Below, in pieces: positions 38,231 to 46,526 of a DNA stretch of 64,000 bases. The first letter of the stretch is position 1, and the number at the start of each line of letters is the position of its first letter. The stretch is from Candidatus Pyrohabitans jungbluthii (GTDB taxonomy: Archaea > Hydrothermarchaeota > Hydrothermarchaeia > Hydrothermarchaeales > BMS3B). The stretch spans positions 96,001 through 160,000 of the forward strand of contig MTMD02000014.1 in NCBI GenBank assembly GCA_002010065.2. The letters are read 5' to 3'. Under the pieces are notes generated by a model. The model searched no databases, was not told the DNA's origin, and saw nothing but the letters and a program-made list of their open reading frames with translations. The translations under genes and the position numbers were made by a program.

Positions 38231-40077
38231 AGGCTCCTTATCTTGGCAGGCTGCGCCTGCGCTGGTGCATGCAGTGCAACCTTCCTCTGCTCACTAAGAG
38301 ATGCGCTATCTGCGGCGACCCTGGGGAGAGCGTGGCTATTACCCCTCCGGGAGATGTAAGACCAGCTTTTGCTCGCGATGTAGAGATTATAAACCGCGCC
38401 GCTGAGAAGCAGTTCGGTACTCGTTTGCTCTCTGAAGACAGCTTGGTGGTGCTTAACCGCGCCCCTGGCGAGGACGTGCTGGACGAGATAATTGCCGACG
38501 GAGCTGTGCTCGGAGCGCTGCGCTACGATTTTGAGAAAGGCTATGTGCTCATGCCTTCGCCTGCAGGAGCGCAGAGGCTGGTTAAGGGCGGGAAAGGCTA
38601 CGTCGAGGTTGCCCCGGACGTGGAGCCTTTCCTGGCGAAAGGGGCGAGTGTTCTTTTGCCGGGAGTGGTGGACTTCGACCCGGAAATAAGGCGCGGAGAC
38701 GAGGTTATTGTAACCTGCAGGGGCAGAGCCATAGCCGTGGGAAAGGCTAAGATGAACGCAGAAGATGCGGCTTCGCGAACAAAGGGCATGTTCGTCAAGG
38801 TTCGCAGGTACAGCGGCGAGGCGAAAGATGAGCTTCCTGGCGGGAGAAGCTGGGACGACGCTGTAAGGGCAAACCAGCAGGTTATCGAGAGCTATGAACG
38901 CGAAGCGGTGAGGTTTATAAGGGAAATCGCGGAGAAAAGCCGCAAACCGGTAATAGTGGCCTTCAGCGGGGGTAAGGACAGCCTGGCAACGCTTCTCCTG
39001 GTGAAGAAAGCCCTGGGCGAGGCTACCGCTCTGGTTGTAGATACGGGTGTTGAGTTTCCTGAAACCATTAGGTTTGCTGAGGAAGCTGCGAGAGCGATAG
39101 GTGCGGAGCTTCTCGTGGCGAGGGCTGGCGATAGATTCTGGAGGGGCGTTGAGTACTTTGGCTTTCCGGGCAGGGACTACAGGTGGTGCTGCAAGGTGGT
39201 GAAGCTTGGTCCCACAGCAAAGGTTATCAAGGAGCACTTCCCCCAGGGGTGCTTGGCTTTCATAGGTCAGCGCCGCTATGAGAGCGAGGCAAGAGCGGCC
39301 TCTCGAAGGGTGTGGCGCAACCCCTGGCTGAGAAGCCAGCTTGCAGCCTCGCCGATACAGGAGTGGACAGCGCTGCACGTGTGGCTCTTCCTCCTCAAGG
39401 AGGGTGTTGCCTTTAATCCGCTCTACCAGGAGGGAAACTACCGCCTGGGATGCTGGCTCTGCCCTGGCTCTGAGATGGCGGAGATAGCCATGCTCAGGCA
39501 GAGCCACCCCGAGCTATGGGAGAAGCTCCGCGATTTGCTTGCAAAGCAGGGCTTCGGCGAGGCAGAGTTTTTGCATGGGCTGTGGCGGTGGCGGACTTTA
39601 CCTAGGGGGCAGGAGCAGCTCGCAAGAAAAGCCGGGCTCAGGGTAAGAAGAAGGAGGGCGAGGTTTGTGTATACGCTTGAGAGAGGCGAGGAGCTTCTCG
39701 CTAGGACACGCTTCAGCGCAGCCTTTGAAGACATAGCCAGCTTTGCCAGGGCGCTGGGGATTAAAACTGAGAGCAACGACTTTATAGAGGTAGAGGGGAT
39801 AAGGTTCTATCGTGATGGTGTTGCTGTGGCTGTGGCAGGAGATAGAGCCACGCTGCAGGAGAAGGTAAGGAGGATGCAGGGCGTCATAGAGAGGGCAGAG
39901 CACTGCCTCGCTTGCGGTGTGTGCGTAGCCCAGTGTCGCTACAATGCGATTGAAATTAAGGAGAAGGCGAAGATAACTGAGCGCTGCTCTGCCTGCGGGG
40001 CATGCCACGAGAGATGCCCGCTTGTGAGGTACCTTGTAGCTAAGGCTGAGGTTGTGTTTGAGGATGCGCAGGATTGA
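38227..40077 (+). CDS. PAPS-reductase-family (PP-loop) protein with Zn ribbon, PUA and C-terminal 2x[4Fe-4S] domains
   Basis: WCMQCNLP...CAICG, PUA (GASVLLPGV), FSGGKDS, RWCCKVVK, GQRRYES, RLGCWLCP, CLACGVCVAQC...CSACGACHERCP. Confidence 0.88.
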   Translation: MKAPYLGRLRLRWCMQCNLPLLTKRCAICGDPGESVAITPPGDVRPAFARDVEIINRAAEKQFGTRLLSEDSLVVLNRAPGEDVLDEIIADGAVLGALRYDFEKGYVLMPSPAGAQRLVKGGKGYVEVAPDVEPFLAKGASVLLPGVVDFDPEIRRGDEVIVTCRGRAIAVGKAKMNAEDAASRTKGMFVKVRRYSGEAKDELPGGRSWDDAVRANQQVIESYEREAVRFIREIAEKSRKPVIVAFSGGKDSLATLLLVKKALGEATALVVDTGVEFPETIRFAEEAARAIGAELLVARAGDRFWRGVEYFGFPGRDYRWCCKVVKLGPTAKVIKEHFPQGCLAFIGQRRYESEARAASRRVWRNPWLRSQLAASPIQEWTALHVWLFLLKEGVAFNPLYQEGNYRLGCWLCPGSEMAEIAMLRQSHPELWEKLRDLLAKQGFGEAEFLHGLWRWRTLPRGQEQLARKAGLRVRRRRARFVYTLERGEELLARTRFSAAFEDIASFARALGIKTESNDFIEVEGIRFYRDGVAVAVAGDRATLQEKVRRMQGVIERAEHCLACGVCVAQCRYNAIEIKEKAKITERCSACGACHERCPLVRYLVAKAEVVFEDAQD

Positions 40078-40558
40078 AGTCTACCCCAGCGAGGGCAGCA
40101 ACTCTCTCGAGAAGTGGTACAGGATAAAGAACCCTCTCCGCGTGGTATTCAACTTTATTGTAATATACACCTGCCGCTTTGTGCCTTCGCTGGCGCTTAA
40201 GCGCGTGCTTTTGAGGCTAACTGGAATGAAGGTGGGGAAGAATGTCTCCATTGGCCTGGGTGCGATGTTCGACATATTTTTCCCTGAGCTCATTGAGATT
40301 GGGGACAACTCAATAATAGGCTATAATGCAACGTTGCTCGCGCATGAGTTTCTCGTCAATGAGTGGCGCAGGGGCAAGGTGAAGGTGGGAAAAAACGTTA
40401 TGATCGGCGCCAACAGTTTAGTGCTGCCTGGCGTGGAGATTGGCGACGGCGCTACCGTGGCGGCGTGCTCCCTTGTTAATAGGGACATTCCCCCAGGCGC
40501 TTTTGTGGGAGGCGTGCCCGCGAGAGTGCTGAGAGGCGAGAGCGATGAAACGCTATGA
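40064..40558 (+). CDS. Hexapeptide-repeat (left-handed beta-helix) acyltransferase
   Basis: IGDNSIIG, VGKNVMIGANS.VLPGVEIGDGA.V, GVPARV. Confidence 0.9.
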   Translation: MRRIEVYPSEGSNSLEKWYRIKNPLRVVFNFIVIYTCRFVPSLALKRVLLRLTGMKVGKNVSIGLGAMFDIFFPELIEIGDNSIIGYNATLLAHEFLVNEWRRGKVKVGKNVMIGANSLVLPGVEIGDGATVAACSLVNRDIPPGAFVGGVPARVLRGESDETL

Positions 40559-41174
40559 TGCGCTTGTGCTCGCGGTTGCAGTAATCAACATTGCAGGCAC
40601 AGCCTTTGGCTTTTACTACTACCGCAATATGTTCGCGCTTTTTCCTGCGAAGCTCTGGATTTTTATACCAGATTCGCCCCTCGCCACGCTCTTCTTCGCT
40701 TTCTCCCTCTTCCTCATCTACCTTAAAAAGCGCGTCGACGCATTCTACCTCGTGGCGATGGCGCAGAGCATGAAGTATGGCTTCTGGACAATGTTTGTCA
40801 TTCTCTACTTCAGCGACTACTTCCTCGCCCCCTACCATCGATACTACTATTACCTCATGTTTGTGCTGCACTTTGGGATGCTGATTCAGCCGGCGCTTAT
40901 ACTGCATAAGGTCAGAATCACCAGGCGGGAGCTCGCTATAGCCACCGCGTGGCTGGCGCTCAACGACTATTTCGACTACCTTCGCAACACCAATCCGCTG
41001 GTTATCTATGCCTTTCCTGCAAACAAGCTGGTGCTAACAGGTGTGGTCACCTTCCTCGCCGGTATGGCGATTCTGGCTGTGCTCTATATTCTGGCGCGGA
41101 GGAAGGAGGTGTTCGCTTCCTTCTGGGCGAGGATTGAGGGTGGGGGCTGCAGCCCCTCTTCATTTATGCGGTAG
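40545..41174 (+). CDS. DUF1405-family membrane protein
   Basis: NIAGTAFGFYYY, FIPDSPLA, KYGFWT, HFGM, NDYFDY. Confidence 0.85.
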   Translation: MKRYDALVLAVAVINIAGTAFGFYYYRNMFALFPAKLWIFIPDSPLATLFFAFSLFLIYLKKRVDAFYLVAMAQSMKYGFWTMFVILYFSDYFLAPYHRYYYYLMFVLHFGMLIQPALILHKVRITRRELAIATAWLALNDYFDYLRNTNPLVIYAFPANKLVLTGVVTFLAGMAILAVLYILARRKEVFASFWARIEGGGCSPSSFMR

Positions 41175-42015
41175 TCGTCTTCCTAGGCTCTGCTCTGGAA
41201 TCCCCGGAATAAGCCAGGTAGATTGCCGGCAGCGCTACCGCAAGGTAGGCGAGGTGCACTATTACGCGGAGCCACTCGGCTTTGACGGTGTACCCGAAGA
41301 GCACCGCAAGCACGCTCCCCACCAAGCCCTTGTGGTGAAGCAGCGAGCCCTTCTCTATGCCTAGGTCGTAGGCGGGCTCACCCAGCCAGCCGAGCTCAAT
41401 ACCCTCTTCTTCAGCATACTCAATGAGCTCGTGCACCCCATAGCCAGCGAGCCCGCCTGCAATGAGTATCAGCATGATGCTGGAGTAGTAGAAGAACCTC
41501 TTTATGGGGAAGCTCATTCCAAGAGAGAAAATTCCATAGGCTAGGAGAAGGGCAACCGCAGTGCCAACTATGGCTCCTATACCAGTGCCTGTGAAATCTC
41601 TGGCTGCGAAGGGCGTTAAGAAGAGCACCGTCTCAATGACCTCCCGTACCACGAATATAAAGGAAGCAAGAGCAACTGCGAGATGGCTCCTGCTGGATGC
41701 CACCTTTTTCTCTACCTCTCTCTTAATCTCCCTGCCCTTGGTTGCCATCCAGTATACCATGTAGGTTAGAACAGCCACAGCAGTGAGGGAGGCTATGCCC
41801 TCAAAGAGCTCCTTCTTGCCCTCACCGAGACCGCCGTAAATGAGGGCAACCGCAAGAGCTATGGCTGCGCCTGCCAATAGCGCTCCCACAGCGCCATACA
41901 CAGCACTCTTTACGTACTCCTCTCTTCCGGTTCTCTTGAGGTACATAACGAGTATCATAACCAGCAGCAGTGCCTCAAAAGCTTCCCTGAAGGTTATTAC
42001 AAACTGTCCCAGCAT
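41164..42015 (-). CDS. FTR1-family iron permease
   Basis: Two RExxE motifs (FREAFEA, VREVIET), about 7 TM, GVHELIE. Confidence 0.93.
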   Translation of the reverse strand: MLGQFVITFREAFEALLLVMILVMYLKRTGREEYVKSAVYGAVGALLAGAAIALAVALIYGGLGEGKKELFEGIASLTAVAVLTYMVYWMATKGREIKREVEKKVASSRSHLAVALASFIFVVREVIETVLFLTPFAARDFTGTGIGAIVGTAVALLLAYGIFSLGMSFPIKRFFYYSSIMLILIAGGLAGYGVHELIEYAEEEGIELGWLGEPAYDLGIEKGSLLHHKGLVGSVLAVLFGYTVKAEWLRVIVHLAYLAVALPAIYLAYSGDSRAEPRKTTTA

Positions 42016-42030
42016 TTTCCATCACCTCAA

Positions 42031-42072
42031 TTAGGCATACCTAATTTTAGGTTTATATGTAGGTTTCCCTAA
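42031..42072. promoter_or_regulatory. Putative DtxR operator(s) upstream of FTR1
   Basis: TTAGGCATACCTAA (42031-42044) and GTAGGTTTCCCTAA (42059-42072) flank an AT-rich TATA-like stretch. Confidence 0.75.
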
Positions 42073-42077
42073 TTCTG

Positions 42078-42458
42078 TTAGGTTTTCTGATTTTTTCCGC
42101 TCTCCTTCAGAATCGTGTACCCATAGGTTTCGCAGCGATACCTATCACCGCATCCCCTGCATTTTTCCATAGAAGGCTCTTTCTCCAGCCCAGCCAGGCA
42201 CCTTCTCAGTGAAGATAGGCTGTGTCTGTGGATTCTGACTATCGGTATTCCCATGTCATCTGCTATCTCCGTAGCCTTCTTAGCCATATTCGTGGAAACC
42301 ATGCTGGTAAGCACCAGTATCAGATCGGCATTCTTGAGCTTATATTCCAGGTTTCCCCTCCATCTGCTAAAAATTTCCACGTCTATGCCAGATTCTGCAA
42401 ATATCTCCCTGTAATGCTCTTTCATCCTCTGCATACCACCAATAAGAACTGCTTTCAT
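42078..42458 (-). CDS. DUF2325-family protein with a C-terminal Cys cluster
   Basis: MKAVLIGG, ADLILVLTSMVS.N, SLSSL; tail CRGCGDRYRC; GGTGA RBS. Confidence 0.78.
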   Translation of the reverse strand: MKAVLIGGMQRMKEHYREIFAESGIDVEIFSRWRGNLEYKLKNADLILVLTSMVSTNMAKKATEIADDMGIPIVRIHRHSLSSLRRCLAGLEKEPSMEKCRGCGDRYRCETYGYTILKESGKNQKT

Positions 42459-42515
42459 ACAATCACCATGTAATATTTTATTTTTTAGGTTAATAAATAT
42501 ATTTTCCAAAAATAA

Positions 42516-42887
42516 TTAGGTTCTGACTTTTCTAACAAAATTTTTTATACATTCGAGGGTTTCTATGCTTATGATGTGTTCTATTCGGTGGGCATCCTTT
42601 CTTGCAACTTCGGGCGGGACCTCCATTATCTCTAGGAGCTTCACTATCGCTTCGTGTCTGTCTTTGATATTCCTGGCTATTTTCTCCCCCTCCTCGGTTA
42701 AAGATATATAGGCACGCTTTTCGTAAATCAACAGTCCCATTTTGCTCAGCTTGTGCACCATCTCCGTAACTGATGGTGGTTTCACATTTAGGGCGAGTGC
42801 TATATCTTTTATCCTGACATAACCTTTATCTCTTTTTATCTCATAAATAATCCTCAGATAATCCTCTGCCCTTCTGCTGAGCCTCAT
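42516..42887 (-). CDS. DtxR/IdeR/MntR-family metal-dependent repressor (no FeoA domain)
   Basis: EDYLRIIYEI, IKDIA..LNVKPPSVTEMV.KL, LTEEG, RHE, DAHRIEH. Confidence 0.95.
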   Translation of the reverse strand: MRLSRRAEDYLRIIYEIKRDKGYVRIKDIALALNVKPPSVTEMVHKLSKMGLLIYEKRAYISLTEEGEKIARNIKDRHEAIVKLLEIMEVPPEVARKDAHRIEHIISIETLECIKNFVRKVRT

Positions 42888-42899
42888 GCACACACCAAT

Positions 42900-42948
42900 T
42901 TAGGTTAACCTAATTAGGAATTCCTAAATTAGGAATTCCTAAATTAGG
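42900..42948. promoter_or_regulatory. Array of three perfect 14-bp palindromes TTAGG-N4-CCTAA plus a half-site (putative DtxR autoregulatory operator)
   Basis: TTAGGTTAACCTAA 42900-42913, TTAGGAATTCCTAA 42914-42927 and 42929-42942, TTAGG 42944-42948. The array lies between the TATA-like TTTAAATA (42951-42958) and the dtxR start. Confidence 0.85.
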
Positions 42949-43012
42949 TGTTTAAATATTTTTGCCTAAATTCTTCCCCAAATTTTATAACCCAAGCTGG
43001 GCAGGAATACTC

Positions 43013-45187
43013 ATGGGTAAAAGGATTGCCTTTTTCATGGACTATGATAAGTACGGTCGCGAAGAGGCGCCGGCGATACTCCAGTTCATTCAGACGCTGC
43101 GCAATTATGGTCACGACGTTGATTTCATGACCTCTGAGAGGGAGCTTCTGGAGAGGCTTCCTCAGGGTTATGACGTGGTGGCACTCTCTGCATTCAGCAG
43201 CTTGGAGTTGAGAGACATACTTAAAACGGCGATAAGGGTTAAGCAGGCGGATTCTCGCGTGGTTAACGTACTCGGCGGGCACGGCGTTGTTGAGAACGCT
43301 TCAAAGCTAATCCTCGCCACGGGCATAGATGCAGTTGTGGAAGGCGAGGCAGAGAACACCTTTCCTTTGATGCTTAAGCACCTGGAGAAAGCTAAGCAGA
43401 GTATGAGCTTACCTCCGCGTCATGCCTCCTTATCCCTGCGTGCGGAAAAGCTTGCCTACCTAGATGAAGAGGCGGTTGAGCTTCTCAGAAAAAACGAGTT
43501 CAGGAGCCCTGTTACTGAGGAGAAGGCAGAAGAGATTCTTGGTGAGCATTTTACGAGGAGGATAAACTACCGCGGGAAGGAGCTTGAGATAGAGGTTCCC
43601 ATCACAGGGGTTTATGTAAAAACCCGTGAGGGCAAGGTGTTCTACTCGGGCTCAGCCCACGATGAGGAGGTCATAGATAGAGCGTACAGAAGGAACGAGG
43701 AGCGTCTCGGCAATGCTATATCCAAGCGTGAGTTTTCTCGTTTCATCCACGCCCACCCCACAAGGCAGGAGCTGGAGGAGAACTTCACAGGCTACCCCTG
43801 GGATATCGTCGAAGCGAAAGGGTGGCGTGCCTTAAGCCTGTACCTGCAGCGGGGGTGCAACTGGGGCAGGTGCGAGTACTGCAGCATAACCACGCCAGCG
43901 GGGCGAAGCATAAGCGTGGAGAAAGTGGTGGCGCTTCTCAAAGAAGCAACGGAGCATGGCATAGCTCAGGTAACCTTTGACGACGACCAGTTTGTGCAGA
44001 ATGAGCGCTGGGTGGCTGAGCTGTGCAGGGGTATTCTGAGGGAGGAGCTCAACCGCAAGCTTAGGTTCGGGGCAATGCTGCGCGTCGACGCCGTGAGAGA
44101 CCTCTCCCTGCTCAGGCTGATGAAGCAAGCTGGCTTTGCAAAGGTTCAGGTAGGTTTGGAGAGCCTTGTGCCGGAGAAGATTGCGTACTTCAGAAAAACC
44201 CTGCCCGGGAGGGAGGAGGAGTACATCCAGAAAGCCTTCGCTTTAATCAATGCATGCATGCGTGCTGGTTTAGATGTTGGAATCTTTGTGATAACCACAA
44301 GACCCAAGCAGAGAGAAGCCCTGGAGGAGGTGGCACGCGAAATTGAAGCCCTGCTCCAGCTTCTTCTCTCGCTCTACCGCACGCATCGCAGACTCCCCAC
44401 AATAAGCTTCAACGACATGCTCATGGCATATCCTGGAGCGCCGCTGCTGAGGAAGGAGAAGTATAAGCGCATGCTTGTTCCAGTGGCGATCGCAAACGGC
44501 GAGCTTCTGACGCTGGAGGTGCCCTACATTTTCGAGCTAAAGAGCATGCAGCTTGCAAATTACCTGGCTATTCTAAGGGAGATGGCAAAGCGTAGAGGTA
44601 TGCCCCCGGAGCAGTTAAACGAAACCCTGGAGCATTTTGAGGACCTCATCGCTGCGCTAAAGGTGGCGGCGGAGCACTTGGGAAGCGAGGTCTCAGCCTG
44701 CCTCGAATACCTCTCAGGCTTAAGTGAAGGCGAAAGGAGGGAGCTGGCACAGCTTTTGAATCTGGATTCGCCCAACCTTGAAAAAGCCTTGCTCAGCGGT
44801 GCTGTGTCAATAGCCGAGCTAAAGCGCGCGGTTGAGCGCACAGGCGAGGAAAATCTCAGCATACTGTGCGAACGCCTCCCGACCAAGCTAAAAGAGGCAA
44901 GCACGAAGCTTGAGGAAAGGTGCAGGGAAATGGAGCACCTTCTCTATGCTCTGGAGAGTGAGGTTTACATGATTGTGAAGACCCACCTCAGCAGGGTTAG
45001 AGCAGAGCTTCGCAGCCTTGAGCAGAGAGGCGAGGCATTTCATGAAAGTGTGCACAGAATAAGAGAGGAATCTCAGGAGCTTCTCAACAAATACTACCCC
45101 TACTACCTTGCAAGAACCTCGCTTCAGAACCTGCTTGCGTGGCTTGAGGAGTACGAGAGGGTTACCCCTCCCTCTCAGAGGGGTTGA
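43013..45187 (+). CDS. Large B12-binding radical SAM protein
   Basis: N-terminal cobalamin-binding Rossmann (VALSAFS, VLGGHG, VEGEAE), QRGCNWGRCEYC, FDDDQF, QVGLES, AYPGAPL, long helical C-terminus. TATA-like TTTTATAA at 42983-42990. Confidence 0.85.
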   Translation: MGKRIAFFMDYDKYGREEAPAILQFIQTLRNYGHDVDFMTSERELLERLPQGYDVVALSAFSSLELRDILKTAIRVKQADSRVVNVLGGHGVVENASKLILATGIDAVVEGEAENTFPLMLKHLEKAKQSMSLPPRHASLSLRAEKLAYLDEEAVELLRKNEFRSPVTEEKAEEILGEHFTRRINYRGKELEIEVPITGVYVKTREGKVFYSGSAHDEEVIDRAYRRNEERLGNAISKREFSRFIHAHPTRQELEENFTGYPWDIVEAKGWRALSLYLQRGCNWGRCEYCSITTPAGRSISVEKVVALLKEATEHGIAQVTFDDDQFVQNERWVAELCRGILREELNRKLRFGAMLRVDAVRDLSLLRLMKQAGFAKVQVGLESLVPEKIAYFRKTLPGREEEYIQKAFALINACMRAGLDVGIFVITTRPKQREALEEVAREIEALLQLLLSLYRTHRRLPTISFNDMLMAYPGAPLLRKEKYKRMLVPVAIANGELLTLEVPYIFELKSMQLANYLAILREMAKRRGMPPEQLNETLEHFEDLIAALKVAAEHLGSEVSACLEYLSGLSEGERRELAQLLNLDSPNLEKALLSGAVSIAELKRAVERTGEENLSILCERLPTKLKEASTKLEERCREMEHLLYALESEVYMIVKTHLSRVRAELRSLEQRGEAFHESVHRIREESQELLNKYYPYYLARTSLQNLLAWLEEYERVTPPSQRG

Positions 45188-45731
45188 GTTCATGAATTCC
45201 CATCTTCTCTAACTCGCGCTTTATCAGCTCCACGGGAATGCTGCCCACGAAGCGCAGCCTGCCGTTTATTGTCACCATGGTTGTGGGGCCACTCTTCTCC
45301 AGTTGTTCTTTCACCTCGGGGTACTTCTCAACGTCGTCGCTCATTATGTCAACCCAGCTAACCTTAATCCTGCCCTTGCCGTACTTCTTGTCCATGAAGT
45401 TCTGAAGCACCTCCGCGTCCAAATCTATGCTCTCTGGCAGGTCGCACAGCCCGTCTTCTTCGCAGTTGTAGGGTATTAGAGTGCCGAAGATGATAATCTC
45501 AGCCTGCGTAGCCTGCTCTTCCTCTTCCAGCTCTCCCGCAAAGGCTTTGCGGTAGTCTATCTTCCATACCCCTTGCTCCCTCGCCTCAAAAGTGGGGCAG
45601 CTTCTCTCCTTCCACTTGTGTATTACCCACTTCTGGTTGAACTCATCAAACTCAGCGCCGAAGCAGGGTCTCCTCGTATGAATGCAAAGCTCCTCTTGCT
45701 CAGGGTCGTGATACTTGCACTCTCCAAGCAT
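45162..45731 (-). CDS. Hypothetical protein: N-terminal Cys/His cluster plus C-terminal thioredoxin-like domain
   Basis: CKYH...CIHTRRPC...CPTF, then CEEDGLC...WVDI...P...INGRLRFVGSIP. Confidence 0.65.
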   Translation of the reverse strand: MLGECKYHDPEQEELCIHTRRPCFGAEFDEFNQKWVIHKWKERSCPTFEAREQGVWKIDYRKAFAGELEEEEQATQAEIIIFGTLIPYNCEEDGLCDLPESIDLDAEVLQNFMDKKYGKGRIKVSWVDIMSDDVEKYPEVKEQLEKSGPTTMVTINGRLRFVGSIPVELIKRELEKMGIHELNPSEREG

Positions 45732-45915
45732 AACAATCTCCTCGTGTCTGCGAACAGGTTAACGATTTTATCCAAATTGGTAGTGGTGGTGTGTGCATGG
45801 GCGCAGCAGCGCTATCTCGGAGGTATATACTCTATATAGCTTATTTACATTATTTGGAAAAAACATAAATATCTCTCCCATGAGTTAATAGTAACCCACA
45901 GAGGCGAGGCAATAC

Positions 45916-46332
45916 ATGCGTATTCTCGTAGCAATCGATGGTTCCCGAGATTCGCGAAAGGCTCTGCGTTTTGCTTTGAAGCTCGCGAAGGATAGTGGTT
46001 ACTCTATCTCCCTACTTCACGTTGTGCCAAAGCTTCCAACCACGAAGGAAGAAGTAATACGCCTGATAAAGGAGGAGATAGGCTCCCCCGAGGAGGCTGG
46101 CAAGCGATACCTTGAGGAGGCAAAGAAAATCGCAGAAGAGGAAGGTGTGCAAGTGCAGGAGGTTATTCTAAAAGAGGGCAATCCTGTGGAGGAGATTCTT
46201 AAGGCAGAGAAGGGCTATGATTTAGTGGTGGTTGGTTCTCGGGGTATGGGCAGGGTGGACAGACTTCTCCTGGGCAGTGTTTCCTCCAAGCTGGTGGTTG
46301 CCTCTTCAAAGCCGGTGCTGGTGGTGAGGTAG
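45916..46332 (+). CDS. Universal stress protein
   Basis: ILVAIDGS, LLHVV, GNPVEEI, VVGSRGMG...LLGSVSSKLV...PVLVVR. Confidence 0.95.
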   Translation: MRILVAIDGSRDSRKALRFALKLAKDSGYSISLLHVVPKLPTTKEEVIRLIKEEIGSPEEAGKRYLEEAKKIAEEEGVQVQEVILKEGNPVEEILKAEKGYDLVVVGSRGMGRVDRLLLGSVSSKLVVASSKPVLVVR

Positions 46333-46334
46333 GC

Positions 46335-46523
46335 ATGGGCGTAACCGCTAACCCTGTGACGATAACTTGGGTTGTTGGCATTGGTTTAGCGGCGCTTATT
46401 GCAAGTGCTCTCTTGCTGAACGAGCGCACCCGTGAGTGGAGTGATAACAAAATCTTCTTCACATCCATGATAACGAGCCTATCTCTTGTACTGCTGTTTC
46501 TAAAACTCACAGGGAGGATTTAG
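46335..46523 (+). CDS. Small 2-TM protein
   Basis: 62 aa, tightly packed between the usp and pit genes. Confidence 0.6.
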   Translation: MGVTANPVTITWVVGIGLAALIASALLLNERTREWSDNKIFFTSMITSLSLVLLFLKLTGRI

Positions 46524-46526
46524 AGC

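Noticed and set aside
38146-39507. 453-aa minus-strand ORF, and similar long shadow ORFs such as 2958-3788, 374-979, 18935-19549, 54859-55497 and 55971-56618
   Set aside because: They lie antisense to well-supported genes and have no motifs. They are shadow frames of GC-rich coding sequence.
42900-42948. TTAGG repeats as telomere-like or simple-sequence repeats
   Set aside because: They are halves of palindromes positioned at promoters of a DtxR/FTR1 unit, so an operator explains them better.
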